Shown here: one piece after another, positions 1-13,068 of the stretch
Layout: each line of letters starts with the position of its first letter
Position numbering within the stretch: position 1 is the first letter of the stretch
NCBI GenBank assembly: GCA_951406725.2
Contig: OX597838.1
Coordinates: forward strand, 11,470,001 to 11,534,000
DNA from: Octopus vulgaris
Lineage: Eukaryota
Reading direction: 5' to 3'
Length of the DNA: 64,000 bases
Translations under genes and position numbers: made by a program
Notes under the pieces: model-generated
Databases searched by the model: none
What the model saw: the letters and a program-made list of their open reading frames with translations, nothing else
What the model was told of the DNA's origin: nothing

Positions 1-537
1 TGTTTTTCAAGGGACCTATTACTCTACATGTAATAGTGCAAGTGCATGCATATACAGCTGCGTACGTGCACACTCGAGTACTGTCCAAATCTCCGACCAA
101 CCACATACAGCTAGCTGGCATTCAATTGGCGTATCAAGTTTTGGGCATTTTGATTGGGTTTTGGATAGAAAATTCACAAAAAGTCACTTCTATTGATTTT
201 TTAATGGCTTTGCAGGGTGACTGGGTAAATGTAAAGATGTGCACGACCACCCTTGGACGGTTTTGAATGACCATAGAAAGTGTGAGCCCTCTAACTGAAA
301 AATTGTGGATTTGTATAAAGGACACACACACAGACAGACATTTTGCCGTTAACATATATATATATATATAAAGTGAGATAGGGGTTATGAGTGTAACCCA
401 CAATGGGATATCATTTATCCAATATACTGCCAGCGGAGTACCCAGAAAGGCTAATACATAAATGCTAAGAATTGCAATGCAATTAATTCATTTATTGTAT
501 TATATGGGCGAAGGTAAAATGTTTTACCTCAAATTCA

Positions 538-849
538 TAATACAAAATTAGAAAATGGAGGAATAGATTTCTTTCAATCATCAACTACTAGATAATATCA
601 ATTCATATAATTTATTAACTAATTATTTAGGAACATCCAGATCAAACAGAATAATACAGAATAAAGCAGTACACATCAATAAGTAAGATAATACCATAAG
701 AACAATGCATATAAATATAAAATGGATCTTACAGCTGTTTCAGCCTGTAGATAAGAGTATCTCATTATGCTCATATTAGTCAGATGTATTGAGGTGATAT
801 GTATATTCTAGTATATAGATCTGATTAACTGTAACCTTATGTGTATGTA

Positions 850-885
<36 letters not shown>

Positions 886-1353
886 GTATATACTTATATA
901 TATGTATATGTAGGTGTATATACACTTATATGTATATGTATATATGTATATGTACTTATTCTTGTATATGTGTACCTTCTCTAATATTCATATTTGCACT
1001 TTTATATCTTCATTTTATACCTTTATAATTGTACTTTATAATCTCTGACGAGACATTGAGATATATATATAAGTAACTCATTTATAACTGCATATCACCT
1101 CAATACATCTGACTAATATGAGCATAATGAGATACTCTTATCTACAGGCTGAAACAGCTGTAAGATCCATTCTATATTTATATATATTTTCTTATGGTAT
1201 TATCTTACTTATTGATGTGTACTGCTTTATTCTGTATTATTCTGTTTGATCTGGATGTTCCTAAATAATTAGTTAATAAATTATATGAATTGGTATTATC
1301 TAGTAGTTGATGATTGAAAGAAATCTATTCCTCCATTTTCTAATTTTGTATTA
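538..1353. repeat. Long inverted repeat (about 263-bp arms) in a hammerhead-bearing element flanked by (TA)n
   Basis: 538-801 is the near-perfect reverse complement of 1091-1353. A diverged reverse-complement copy of 372-583 occurs at about 47900-48110. Confidence 0.9.
1041..1166 (+). ncRNA. Minimal type-I hammerhead ribozyme motif with long stem II
   Basis: ATCT-CTGACGA-(about 100 nt)-GAAA-C-AGCT-GTA-AGAT. Stem I ATCT/AGAT; palindromic stem III ACAGCTGT; base of stem II only partly paired. Confidence 0.55.
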
Positions 1354-1734
1354 TATATATATATATACATAATGGGTTGGGCTTCTTTCAGTTTCTGTCT
1401 GCAGAATTTACTCAGTAGAAGATGCTGTGCAGTAAGACTGAACCTGAAACCACATGGTTAAGTGATTGAGAAGTAAACTGCTTATCCACAGTCATATTTG
1501 TGCCCAATGTGTGTGTGTGTGTATGTGTGTGCGTGAGAGAGAGGGGGGAGTGGGTGTTTGTATGCCTATAGTCATGATCATTGTTGTCATGACTACCAGC
1601 ATCACCACCACCATCACTACCACCATCTTTATTTAACTATTACTATCACTACCACCGTTACTACCAACTCAAGATGTCACCATCATTATCACAATCATCG
1701 TCGCCACCAGCGATACAGTGGTAGCTGTACACAC

Positions 1735-1951
1735 TCAGTAAAGCCCCCTGTGGAAACAGTGAACCCCAAAAACAGTTAACACTTCTGTAAATGTCGGTAA
1801 GACACTGCAGAATCCAAAAATGAACCAATAGAAGAAGACAATACTCGACTGGAGGATGAAGGAAGCTGAGACGATAGCACCAATGCCATGGGTTATGGCA
1901 GCTGAAATTGGATGAGTTAAGGTCAAAAGGTGCAAATTCTGGAGATTAAAT

Positions 1952-1995
<44 letters not shown>

Positions 1996-2198
1996 ACACA
2001 CACACACACACACAGAGAAAGTCAGAGAAAGAATGAAAGAGAGAATCATATGTTTCGAAAAAAATGTTATAGAAAAATTCTTCTCATTCCATATAATTAT
2101 CTACAGTTGTAGGAAATGGAAGAAAAGGGAAATAAAGAAAACTTTCATTATTAATATTGTTATTATTATTATTCTAGTTATAATAATTATATACCATT

Positions 2199-2233
<35 letters not shown>

Positions 2234-2420
2234 TCAGTAGTTTTATTTTTATAGCGTGCTTTCACTTCACTACCGAGCGCAGCTCTGTGTGCCTTGGGTA
2301 TGTGCTGTGATTTGTTGTGATGCTCTGATGGTTATTGTATGGAAAGTGTTCTGCGTAGGATGTGTGCAGTGCCTAGTAGTGCAATTTTCTGTATGTTATA
2401 TGTGTTTGTAAGTCCTGGTG

Positions 2421-2478
<58 letters not shown>

Positions 2479-3043
2479 TATACAAACACTATCACTTTTA
2501 CTATCACCCCAGCGTTCAACTGGTACTTATTTTATCGACCCTGAAAGGGTGAAAGGCAAAGTTGACCTCAGTAGAATTTGAACTCAGAACTGAGCGATGT
2601 GCAAAATACTGCTAAGCATTTCATCCAGCTCACCGACTTAACGACGACGACAACGACAACAACAACAATACCTTTCTAGTGTACAAGGCCGGAAATTTGG
2701 TGATGTGGTAACAACCGTTACTTTTCAGTAGACTTGCTACTTGCATCTCACATAGAGATTTTAGAACTGGCTATTTAGCCGGATATATATCATCATCATC
2801 ATCACCATCGTTTAGCGTCCGCTTTCGATGCTGGCATGGGTTGGACGGTTTAACTGGGGTCTGGGAAGCCAGAAGGCTGCACCAGGCCCAGTCTGATCTG
2901 GCAATGTTTCTACGGCTGGATGCCCTTCCTAATGCCAACCACTCCATGAGTGTAGTGGGTGCTTTTTACATGCCACCGGCACAGGTGCCAGACGAGGTTG
3001 GCAAACAGTCACGATCGGATGATGCTTTTTACGTGCCACCAGC

Positions 3044-3079
<36 letters not shown>

Positions 3080-4828
3080 CGGGAAGGTTTATGAAAATAA
3101 ACAAAAGACGGAGGCAGGTGGAGTACAAACAAATAATGGATTAGTATGGCGCTCAGGAATAGAAATAAAACAAGTCTTTTACGTTTCGAGCCTACGCTCT
3201 TCGACAGAAAGATACACAGAAAAGAAACAAGGAGAGAAAAAAATTGCGTGTAGGGACTAACGATCCAAGCTAACAGTGAGGGATTATCAATCTTGGCAAA
3301 TACTTCATAAGCTCTCTGTTGGCACACCAAGTTAACAATATTGCTTAGATTAGTGAAGAACTCCAAGTAATCTTTTGGTAGGGTCCAAAGTTATGGTTCA
3401 TCACAACTTCTATATCGTAAATCCATGATTGGGCCCCAAACTGGTTTTTACACAGAGCGATATATAAGACAAGGTATAAACAATGGTCGTTAGATATTTT
3501 TCCTTTATTAGGGTAAATTTGGCTTACAGCTGTTTCCAGTAGCCATTAAAGGTACGTTACTCAATCGGTCTATTGATTACTTGAGAAAAATTGAACAATC
3601 TAAAAAAAATTAATGCTTAATCCTTTAGTATTTAAACCGGCCATATCTGGCCAAAATATTTAATCTGTTTTATGTTCAAACTGACCAGATCCAGGCTCTC
3701 ACACCTACCCTACAATGCTATTCTACATTAAGTAATTACATCATCAAGATCTTGAAGATATGAGATAATGCATGATTAGTTCAAATCAATGGGAATCAAT
3801 AGGTATTATGTTTGGTTGAATAATCTGATCACTAAAGGGTTAAGGCAAGTAGAATAGAGAAAAAGAGGAAGACAAGTTACAAGAAGGTTAAGAGAAGGAA
3901 GGAAAGAATAGAGGAAGGAGTCACTTGATAGAAGGAGGGAGATAGGATGGGTGAAACTTGGGGAAAGGACAGTTACAAAAGATTAGTGTTTGTAATCAGG
4001 TCAATACACATGAACATATTTGCATTGATTTTAGGTTAGGCATTCTCGAAATGTTGTGATGAAATTTGATAGGGGTCATTTACACACATGGTCACCTTAA
4101 GTCTGTAATATTTGGTCATAGGTGCTATCAAGTATAGTAGGGGAATGTTAATGACTTGTAGGCACATGGCATTTCGTTATTTCGCATCCTTTAAGGCCCT
4201 CATGCTTTCCGAAATCCGCTGAAACTACACCTGATTGTCCCCCCTTCCATACTCATACACATGTGTATGTCATGACTCATGCACTGTTCTTTTCCTGACG
4301 CTTGTACATTACCCTATGTACTATACACACACATGTGAAGGCGCGTGGCTCAGTGGTTAGAGCGTCGAGCTTACGATCGTGAGGTTGTGAGCTCGAATCC
4401 CGGACTGGGCTGCGTGTTGTGTTCTTGAGCAAGACACTTTATTTCACGTTGCTCCAGTTCACTCAGCTGTAGAAATGAGTTGCGACGTCACAGGTGCCAT
4501 GCTGTATCGGCCCTTGCCTTTCCCTTGGACAACATTGGTGACGTGGAGAGGGGAGGTCGGTATGCATGGGCGACTGCTGGTCTTCCATAAAACAACCTTG
4601 CCCAGACTTGTACCTCAGAGGGTAACTCTCTAGGGGCAAACCTATGGTCAGTGTCTGACCGAAGGGGGGTCACCATACATACACTTTAGATGAGTTGTAG
4701 TGCACCTGAGCACTGTACGCAATGTTTTTATTATTATTATTATTATGTAACCATAATATGCTACAAAGTATAAAACATTTTTATAAGTTAATACCATGTA
4801 CTACTGTGTTAGCAGTACACTTAAATCA

Positions 4829-4880
<52 letters not shown>

Positions 4881-4927
4881 TGATTTCAGTGTATATATAT
4901 TATATATATATATATACACTGATTTCA

Positions 4928-4981
<54 letters not shown>

Positions 4982-7900
4982 GTAGGTCCCGGGTTGAATC
5001 GGGGTTAACCACAGTAAATAAGGTACTCAATACATAGCAGAGTAAAATTAATTTATTATATAGAAGGAGCTTCTACAGGACTAGAACTGTTTCATTCAAG
5101 AGAAATCTTCAGATATATATATATATATACAGTGTATATATATATATACACTGATTTCTATAGACAGACTTTCTATAGAAATCATAGCCAGCACTGATTT
5201 TGTTATGATGTTTTGTATCTGAGATGTCAAATGTAAACAAACAATGAAATCAAGGATGAAAGACTGGTTAATGGGTGTTACATGCCATATTTTGGGAGAG
5301 TTTTCACCTTCATCAGCACCCATTTAACTCATTAATCCAACTGACTCATTGATTAAATAGCCAATGTAAATTGGTACATCCAAGAACATTACACTGGTAT
5401 ATATGTAGTGACTAGTTAAGCAATGAATCTGTGGATGATTCATTGATTTTTACCTTGTTCCAGACTCACATCTCTCAATATAATCAGAGCATTCTCAACC
5501 TATACATCACAATATCATAAAGGATACAAAATATACACTGGGAACCAATGAACATGGTTGTACCACTGAGGAATCCGAGGAATTCACAGGTAAACATCAC
5601 ATACGATAGGCTGAGTGCAACCACAAATCTGAAAATTGAAATAAAAAGAAACACACACAATATATATAATATATATGTATATATATATGAAAGAAGGTTT
5701 GAAAATGCAATTTTAAAAGATGTATATTTACTTTACCGGTTTCACTTTTTAGAATAAGATTGTCAAAAGTAACATGTAAAAGCTTGGTTGTGTTAATTAT
5801 GGGTTGTCACAAAATGCTACAATACATATATACATTCTTTGATAACAAGAACATGTTAAGAACAGTTTACATGGGAAAATATAAAAAAGTTTAACAAGTT
5901 CATCAAAATATTGGGCACAAAAGCTTGGTTGTGCCAGGTACTGGTTGTCACAAAATATTACAACGATGTGCCATTAAACTATCAACTTTGAAAACTTGTA
6001 AGCAGAGACAAAACAGTAGATGACGTGTTGGCCTATTCAACCAAAATTTGCTCTGATATGGGAATCAGTACAGAGCGTTGAATTCGCAAAAAGCAACGAA
6101 TGAACTACGAAGGAAGTATTGATACCGGTCTTCTTTGAGGTAGGCTAGTCCAGCTAATTTGGAGTTGTATGGCAGGTCATCAGGAAGGGAGTACTTCCAG
6201 AGGAGCTCACTTCCAACATGTAGGATATTGTTTTCTTTACTTTTCAGCACTTATATGTAATCATCATCATCATCATCATTAAGCGTCCGCTTTCCATGCT
6301 AGCAAGGGTTGGACGGTTCAACTGGGGGTCTGGGAAGCCAGAAGGCTGCGCCAGGCCCAGTCTGATCTGGCAGTGTTTCTACGGCTGGATGCCCTTCCTA
6401 ACGCCAACCACCCCGTGAGTGTAGTGGGTGTTTTTTACGTGCCACCCGCACAGGTGCCAGACGGAGCCGGCAAACGGCCACAGACGGATGGTGTTTTTTA
6501 CGTGCCACCCGCACAGGTGCCAGACGGAGCTGGCAAACGGCCACAGACGGATGGTGCTTTTTACGTGCCACCGGCACGGGGGCCAGGCAAGGCTGGCAAA
6601 GGCCACAATTAGATGGTGCTTTTTACGTGCCAGGCTAGGCTGGCACTATATATATATATACATCACATAGTTAATATATTTCTTTACAACACTTAATTGA
6701 ATTGTACTCACTCTGTTTGTTTACTGCTGTACTCCTCTGATGTATAACTTAGAGGCAGAGATTCCATTACATTTCGCTCCTGAGTTAAAACATAAAAGAT
6801 ATATATATAAACATATTTCAACCAGATATCAACTTTAAAATTATCTCAAAGTAAACCAAACAATAATTTAGTTAACAGGAAAGGAAAAAAATACACTATG
6901 CTACTGCCAACTAGAATGTGATCATACTTGGAATGCAGAAAAAGGTGTAGATAGAAGCTCCATATAGAGTATTCAATGTAAACTATAGGCATGAGAATAA
7001 ATAAGCATTACATTTGACAGTGTAATCTGAATGCTAAAGAATTTTAAGGAGCAAAAGCATTTGGTTGCACATGTGGCTATATTTGCTATGTCCAACAATG
7101 CAATGTTGTTGATTGTCATCAGATTTGAGCTGGGTTTGACATTGAAACTTTTTATCTCTTTTTTTTACTTGTTTCAGTCATTGGACAGCAGCCATGGTTA
7201 TGATAGAATACACTTGGCCAAGGTGTCATGCAGTGGGATTGAAGCTAGAACCATGTGGTTGGGAAGCAAAATTCTTAGCACACAGCTACACCTGTGCCTG
7301 TATTGTTGACTATTTGAACAAAAACAGGAGTAAAGTTGCTTAAATTGTTTTACTATTTTAGATGCAGGTCTTCAAATATTCTAACAACTTCCATTTTTGA
7401 CAATAACATTCGTGTATATTCTACCATTTTTAGTGCCAATCAGCTAACTTTATGCTTTTTACTGTACTTTCCAAATGAAATATATGTATGAGTGTGCACA
7501 CAGTAAGATCTTACATCCCATTAAGCATACACTTTTAACAGTTCTAAGAGATTTGAGTGTCCATTAAATTTACATTGTTACCAAATGCAGAAAGTGTTAA
7601 CATCTTAAATCTTATAAGTTGACCGAACTAAACCGATCAGCCTGCTGTTTTTATATTAGAAAGAAAACAAGTTTCTGAGATGAACTGAATGATATCAGTG
7701 CGATATGAGTAACAATATCAATGTGATAGCAATAATACAGATATCAGACCGAACTAAACCTATCAGCCTGCTGTTTTTATATTAGAAAGAAAACAAGTTT
7801 CTGAGATGAACTGAATGATATCAGTGCGATATGAGTAACAATATCAATGTGATAGCAATAATACAGATATCAGACCGAACTAAACCGATCAGCCTGCTGT

Positions 7901-8513
7901 TTTTATATTAGAAAGAAAACAAGTTTCTGAGATGAACTGAATGATATCAGTGCGATATGAGTAACAATATCAATGTGATAGCAATAATACAGATATCAGA
8001 CCGAACTAAACCTATCAGCCGGCTGTTTTTATATTAGAAAGAAAACAAGTTTCTGAGATGAACTGAATGATATCAGTGCGATATGAGTAACAATATCAAT
8101 GTGATAGCAATAATACAGATATCAGACCGAACTAAACCTATCAGCCTGCTGTTTTTATATTAGAAAGAAAACAAGTTTCTGAGATGAACTGAATGATATC
8201 AGTGCGATATGAGTAACAATATCAATGTGATAGCAATAATACAGATATCAGACCGAACTAAACCTATCAGCCTGCTGTTTTTATATTAGAAAGAAAACAA
8301 GTTTCTGAGATGAACTGAATGATATCAGTGCGATATGAGTAACAATATCAATGTGACAGCAATAATACAGATATCAATGGAATAACAATGAAGATAGAAG
8401 TGGTATGACATTTCTGTATAACTTACCCTGGATAATGTAATCATCACAACTGCAATGAAGTGGGCAATCAAAATGAGAAATCGTGCAGGTATAACATAAG
8501 ACAATTGATTCAT
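1735..8513 (-). CDS. TMEM107: Transmembrane protein 107 (ciliary transition-zone protein), 4 coding exons, 140 aa
   Basis: Exons (minus): 8513-8427 [29 protein letters not shown]; 6779-6712 [23 protein letters not shown]; 5628-5528 [33 protein letters not shown]; 1901-1735 [55 protein letters not shown]. Phases match and total 423 nt = 140 aa + stop. Motifs match recalled vertebrate TMEM107 (VPSRFL..AH, LP..FT.EEY, E..GFLSG.SMF, YWYIF.FCS.LP..TE). Confidence 0.93.
3174..3213 (-). ncRNA. Minimal hammerhead-like motif (A6U core variant) in a short (TA)n-associated repeat
   Basis: Minus: ATCTTT-CTGTCGA-A-GAGC(GTAG)GCTC-GAAA-CG-TA-AAAGAC. A degenerate copy lies at about 56552-56592, and a fragment of the same repeat at 13920-14000. 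Confidence 0.5.
3617..3843. mobile_element. TTAA-flanked MITE with CCCTTTAG-type TIRs (piggyBac-like)
   Basis: TTAA(T/C)CCTTTAG...CTAAAGGGTTAA. Related copies at about 34806-35034 (inverted) and 54007-54234. Confidence 0.65.
4339..4675 (+). mobile_element. tRNA-derived SINE
   Basis: A-box TGGCTCAGTGG and B-box-like GCTCGAATCC, followed by a SINE body (GTGTTCTTGAGCAAGACAC). No acceptor stem closure. Confidence 0.75.
5728..5772 (-). ncRNA. Minimal hammerhead motif, U3:A8 core variant
   Basis: Minus: TTACTT-TTGACAA-TCTTATTCTAAAAAGT-GAAA-CCG-GTA-AAGTAA. 6-bp stem I; palindromic ACCGGT stem III; weak stem II. Confidence 0.5.
7621..8376. repeat. Minisatellite, 6 x 126 bp, in TMEM107 intron
   Basis: Unit starts GACCGAACTAAACC at 7621, 7747, 7873, 7999, 8125 and 8251. 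Units are almost identical. Confidence 0.97.
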
Positions 8514-9950
8514 GTTTGCTTCTTGCAACAGCTGAAACAGTATTAAGTAAAGAATAGGGTCACTAACATCATCATCATCATCATCCTTAATATCATCAAT
8601 ATCTGTAACTAAGAGACACAACTTATACTCCTACCAGCATCTTTACAGATCATCAGCTAATCTCATATTTTCCTTCCTATTCATACATTTGTGTTGATTA
8701 CTTAATCCACCTTTCTGTCTTCCTCTAACTAACTCTTATGGAGGGGATTAAACAATTTTAGTTCATTTCTGGTACACAAAATCAGAAAAGTCTATACTGC
8801 ACTAATTTGCCATTTGGCATGCAATCATCATCATCCTCATCATCATCATTTGATGCCTACTTTCTATGTTTGCATGGGTAAGGTGGTTCAAAAAGATCTG
8901 ATGAACCCAGAGAACTGTGCTGTACTCTAATTTCTGCTCTAGTACTATTTTTATGGCTGGATGCCTTTCTTACTTCTAACCACTTTACAGAGTAGTCTTT
9001 TTAAGATCAGTAGAATAAAAATAATCCCTGACTTGCAAAACAGGCAAGGATTGGCAACAGGAAGGACATCTGGCTATAAAATACTGGCTCAGTTTTCATC
9101 AAACCCATGCTTAGAAGGAAAAATGGGTATTAAATAATTAAACTACCATTTAACTGAACTGAAGCTTAAGTGGTTGAGTATTATACAGACACATGTACTT
9201 CAAAATATTAAGATAATTAAATATGTTAAGACAAATGTTTGGTCTCTGTTCATATTTGTATCTAACTGCAGAGGCTTTCGAAATCATTGATATTTATTTC
9301 ACAATGCTTCAAGCATACATCACCATAATACATACACATGTACATATGTATGTATGTATATATGTATGATTTTTCTTTGAGTTTGTTTTAAGTTCTTTTT
9401 GAGTTGAGAGAGTTCCTGGTGTTCGTAAATATGTGGTCGAGTTGAAGTGTCGATGCATACACCCAAGCGTGTGCATCTATTCACGTAAGAATCTCAGTTG
9501 GAGAATTTTGGACTACTCGCAGCTGTATATGCATGCACTTGCACTATGACCTGGCGTTGCCGAGTCATGGTGCTAGTCAATGAATATTTAACTCTAAACT
9601 CATCTAACACTTTACCCTAAAGTATACGTATATTGAGGTCCAACAAATGATTATTAGTATTGCTGTACCTAAGCTAAATCATAACGCACATACACACATA
9701 CAGATTAATATCTGTGTTTACAAAGTGGATGAAATGTACTCTGTTCAAAAGGTTCCATACATGCTGTTTGAATTCTTCACTCATATAGCCTTGATTACAT
9801 GCTGATCTATATTCATTACATGAATGTATGCATGCCTCAATGTGTGTGTGTGTGTGTGTGCGTGTATATGTGCGCGGGAGTGTGTGTGTGTGTATGTATG
9901 TGCGCGTGAGTGTGTGTATGTATGTCGCGTGTGTGTGCGTTTATGTACTC

Positions 9951-9974
9951 AGATAGATAGATAGATAGATAGCC

Positions 9975-10032
<58 letters not shown>

Positions 10033-10070
10033 CCAGAAAGATAGATAGATAGATAGATTGATTGATACAC

Positions 10071-10124
<54 letters not shown>

Positions 10125-10206
10125 CCAGAAAGATAGATAGATAGATAGATAGATATATAGATAGATTGATTGATTGATAGACAGATAGATAGATTGATTG
10201 TTAGAC

Positions 10207-10273
<67 letters not shown>
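9951..10273. repeat. (GATA)n microsatellite
   Basis: Direct reading. Confidence 0.98.
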
Positions 10274-10274
<1 letters not shown>

Positions 10275-10420
10275 TAGAAAAGATTATTATTGTTGTTGTT
10301 GTTGTTGATATTTAATCGAAGGAATTTACGAACGTTCTCGTGGTTGACCCGAACGAATTTGATGCGTATAATATCTTGTAATTTCTGCCGACTGAAAATA
10401 ATAATAATAAAAATAATAAT

Positions 10421-10454
<34 letters not shown>

Positions 10455-10669
10455 CCATGCTTTAACTTGTCTGTTACACCGAACCTGTGTATGTGTGTGT
10501 GTGCGTGCGTACATACATATATATATATATATACACACACACATACAAAGAGATAAATAGAGAGAGAGAGAGAGAGAACGGTAATTACCAGTCTTAGCAG
10601 AAGCTAGTATAGCATAAAACAACAATAAATGCGTTCAGATTCCGAAGAATGTCGACAGCAGAGATACGC

Positions 10670-10683
10670 GTTGCCAAGGAGAC
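10670..10683. promoter_or_regulatory. RFX X-box candidate, putative TMEM107 promoter
   Basis: GTTGCCAAGGAGAC (reverse complement GTCTCCTTGGCAAC) fits the 14-bp X-box of ciliary genes. It lies just upstream (minus sense) of candidate 5'UTR splice sites: donor 10588, possible exon 10391-10330, acceptor 8532. Confidence 0.6.
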
Positions 10684-12791
10684 AGCTACCGCTGAAAACA
10701 ATGGATTCCGCCAGGCATACAAGAGCTTCATACAAGGGAGACTACTCTGAGCGCCCTTCCATGATCATTGGCCCTGCTAGAAGTGGCTGCCAAATCTTCA
10801 ACTTGCACCCTGCGTGTTTTGGAAATTGAAGAATGCATCCGATAATGAATGCTTCGTTCCCCACTAATTGACTGAACGGTCATGACTTGAAATGGTTTTC
10901 ATCGTAGGTCTCCTCAACAAATATTTAATAGTCTCCAGATTATTATTATTATTATTATTGCCTTTACACAGCTTCTAACGCTGGAGATGTACTACAGTGT
11001 CAGCTGTTCACTACCAGTGGACTAAGGTAGTGCTGTTTTCTGCAAGTACTCCACCCTTATTGCACCCACCCCCCATCATCATCGTCGTCGTCATTATTAT
11101 TATTATCTTTCTGTGAAAGAGAGGGGAGACATAAATGAAATTTTAAAAAATATCCTTTACTTGTTTCAGTCATTTGACTGCGGCCAGGACTTATTCATTG
11201 TAAGTCTAGTTCTTATTCTATCGGTCTCTTTGCCGAACCGCTAGCTTACGGGAACGTAAGCATCTTTTCCTTTTGAACGGCAGTTTGTAACATAATTTCT
11301 AGGTAACTAAAAAGTTTTAAACTTCGTATACTGGTAGAATGTGTTTATAAAACATCATTTTCTCTTGGCTATATTGAGAAAGTTCTATAGGTTGTAACAT
11401 ATTTCGTCTTTAATTTCTTGCATTTCGGCAATTTTAACCAATCACTGGCGTCCATTTAGGTAAATAACATTCTGTGCATAATGAATATGTCCCTCCTTTA
11501 AGAAGCAGATTGGGTTTATTTACATTTGTGAAGAAAAAAGATACCCTTCCCCCGCCCTATCTTTTTTCTTAAGAATAAAGTTTGTGAAAGGGATTTTTAA
11601 GGTCAATGACCCAGGTGAGATAGGAGTCCGCTAGACTGGTTCTTTGATAGGCCAGAGATGGGGTATAGGTGATACTTTATTATACGAGCCTTGGAGAAGT
11701 GGGTAGCTGGAAGAAGACCGAAGATAAAGTAAGAATAAAGAAAGTAAAAACACAGACACAAGACACACACACATAAGTATGTATATATATATATACGACA
11801 GCCTTCTTACAGTTTCCGTCTACCAAATCCACTCACAAGGGTTTGGTCGATCCGCCGAGGCTATAGTAGAACTATACTCGAGTAAACTAGACACTTGTCC
11901 AAGGTGGGACTGAATCCAGAACCATGCCTGCCCCTAAAGCCACGCCTGTTGAAGACACTTGCTCAAGGTTCCACAGAGTGGAACTGAACCCGAAACCTTA
12001 TGGAGGGGAAGCAAACAGCTTAAGCAACTTCGAACAAAATGGCACATATGTAACATTGGATTCGAACCCGCGTTTTGCCACATTACAAATTTCAAATCAC
12101 GATTTAATTATGTACACAACTAATATTTTGTCCAATCAACAGTTGTTTACGTGATAGATCAGTAGCCTATCTGGAACTTTCCATGAGCAAAGCCTAAACA
12201 TACAGTCAATAAAGATGCTGATTTCGGAGTGTTAGGGTCGATATGACGTTATCCTCCCTCGCCAGTTTCAGAGTGTCTTGGGTCAAACTTCGTATTATAC
12301 TGACTCTGTAGCTGTTTTAATTGAAGACATGACACGGCACCTGCATATTTGCTTAACGTGTCAAGACAAGCCTAGCATATCATATTATGCTATTTCTACT
12401 TTGTTATTTCCATGACCTGCAATACATGAACATCTTTTCATACTAATGCAACATAATAAATTATGTTCAGACGTTTATGCGGTGTGTGAAATTATTACAC
12501 GAATTTTTTCTGTTGACTCGGTTTTCTATGGGAACAACGCCAACCTAAGCAATATCCAATTACCCATCAAACCACGCCATGCATATATGAAAATAAAGAA
12601 GAAAAAAAAAGCAATCAGCAACGATTGGACGAGTTGTATCAAATTTCATAGAGAAACAAGTTGTCAAAAATTATCAGTGAAAAATCTGAAAAAACTTTTT
12701 GACTCAACCTGGTATGCATACTTTTCATCTCATTTCTCAACCCTGCCCCAACACTTCACCCGATTTTATGAAAATCGCACCTACACATACA

Positions 12792-12829
<38 letters not shown>

Positions 12830-12987
12830 ATGCGGCATGTGAAATTATTGGACTTTCCGCTTTTCCGAAGAAGAGCGTCTGCTCGAATTCTTTCCTTCCC
12901 TGAGCGTCTGCTAATACTTTAAATGTACCACGTCCTCGCGTTGTTGTTTTATTGTGTTTGTTCTTTTTTGGATTTACTATATCTACA

Positions 12988-13068
<81 letters not shown>

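Larger units (their letters stand above)
1902..5527 (-). other. U12-type (minor spliceosome) GT-AG intron, last intron of TMEM107
   Basis: Donor GTATCCTTTA at 5527 (U12 consensus RTATCCTT). Branch site ACCTTAAC (about 1923-1916), 12 nt from the AG at 1903-1902, with no long polypyrimidine tract between. Confidence 0.88.

Noticed and set aside
1-1734. U8 snoRNA (SNORD118), which lies at the 3' end of human TMEM107
   Set aside because: No recognisable U8-like sequence; the region is repeat-derived.
4339-4412. tRNA gene (also at 17983, 28152, 51569, 59738)
   Set aside because: A/B boxes are present, but there is no closed acceptor stem and each continues into a SINE body.
5096-5323. 75-aa ORF as a TMEM107 exon
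   Set aside because: No similarity to TMEM107, and the 4-exon model is already complete and in phase.
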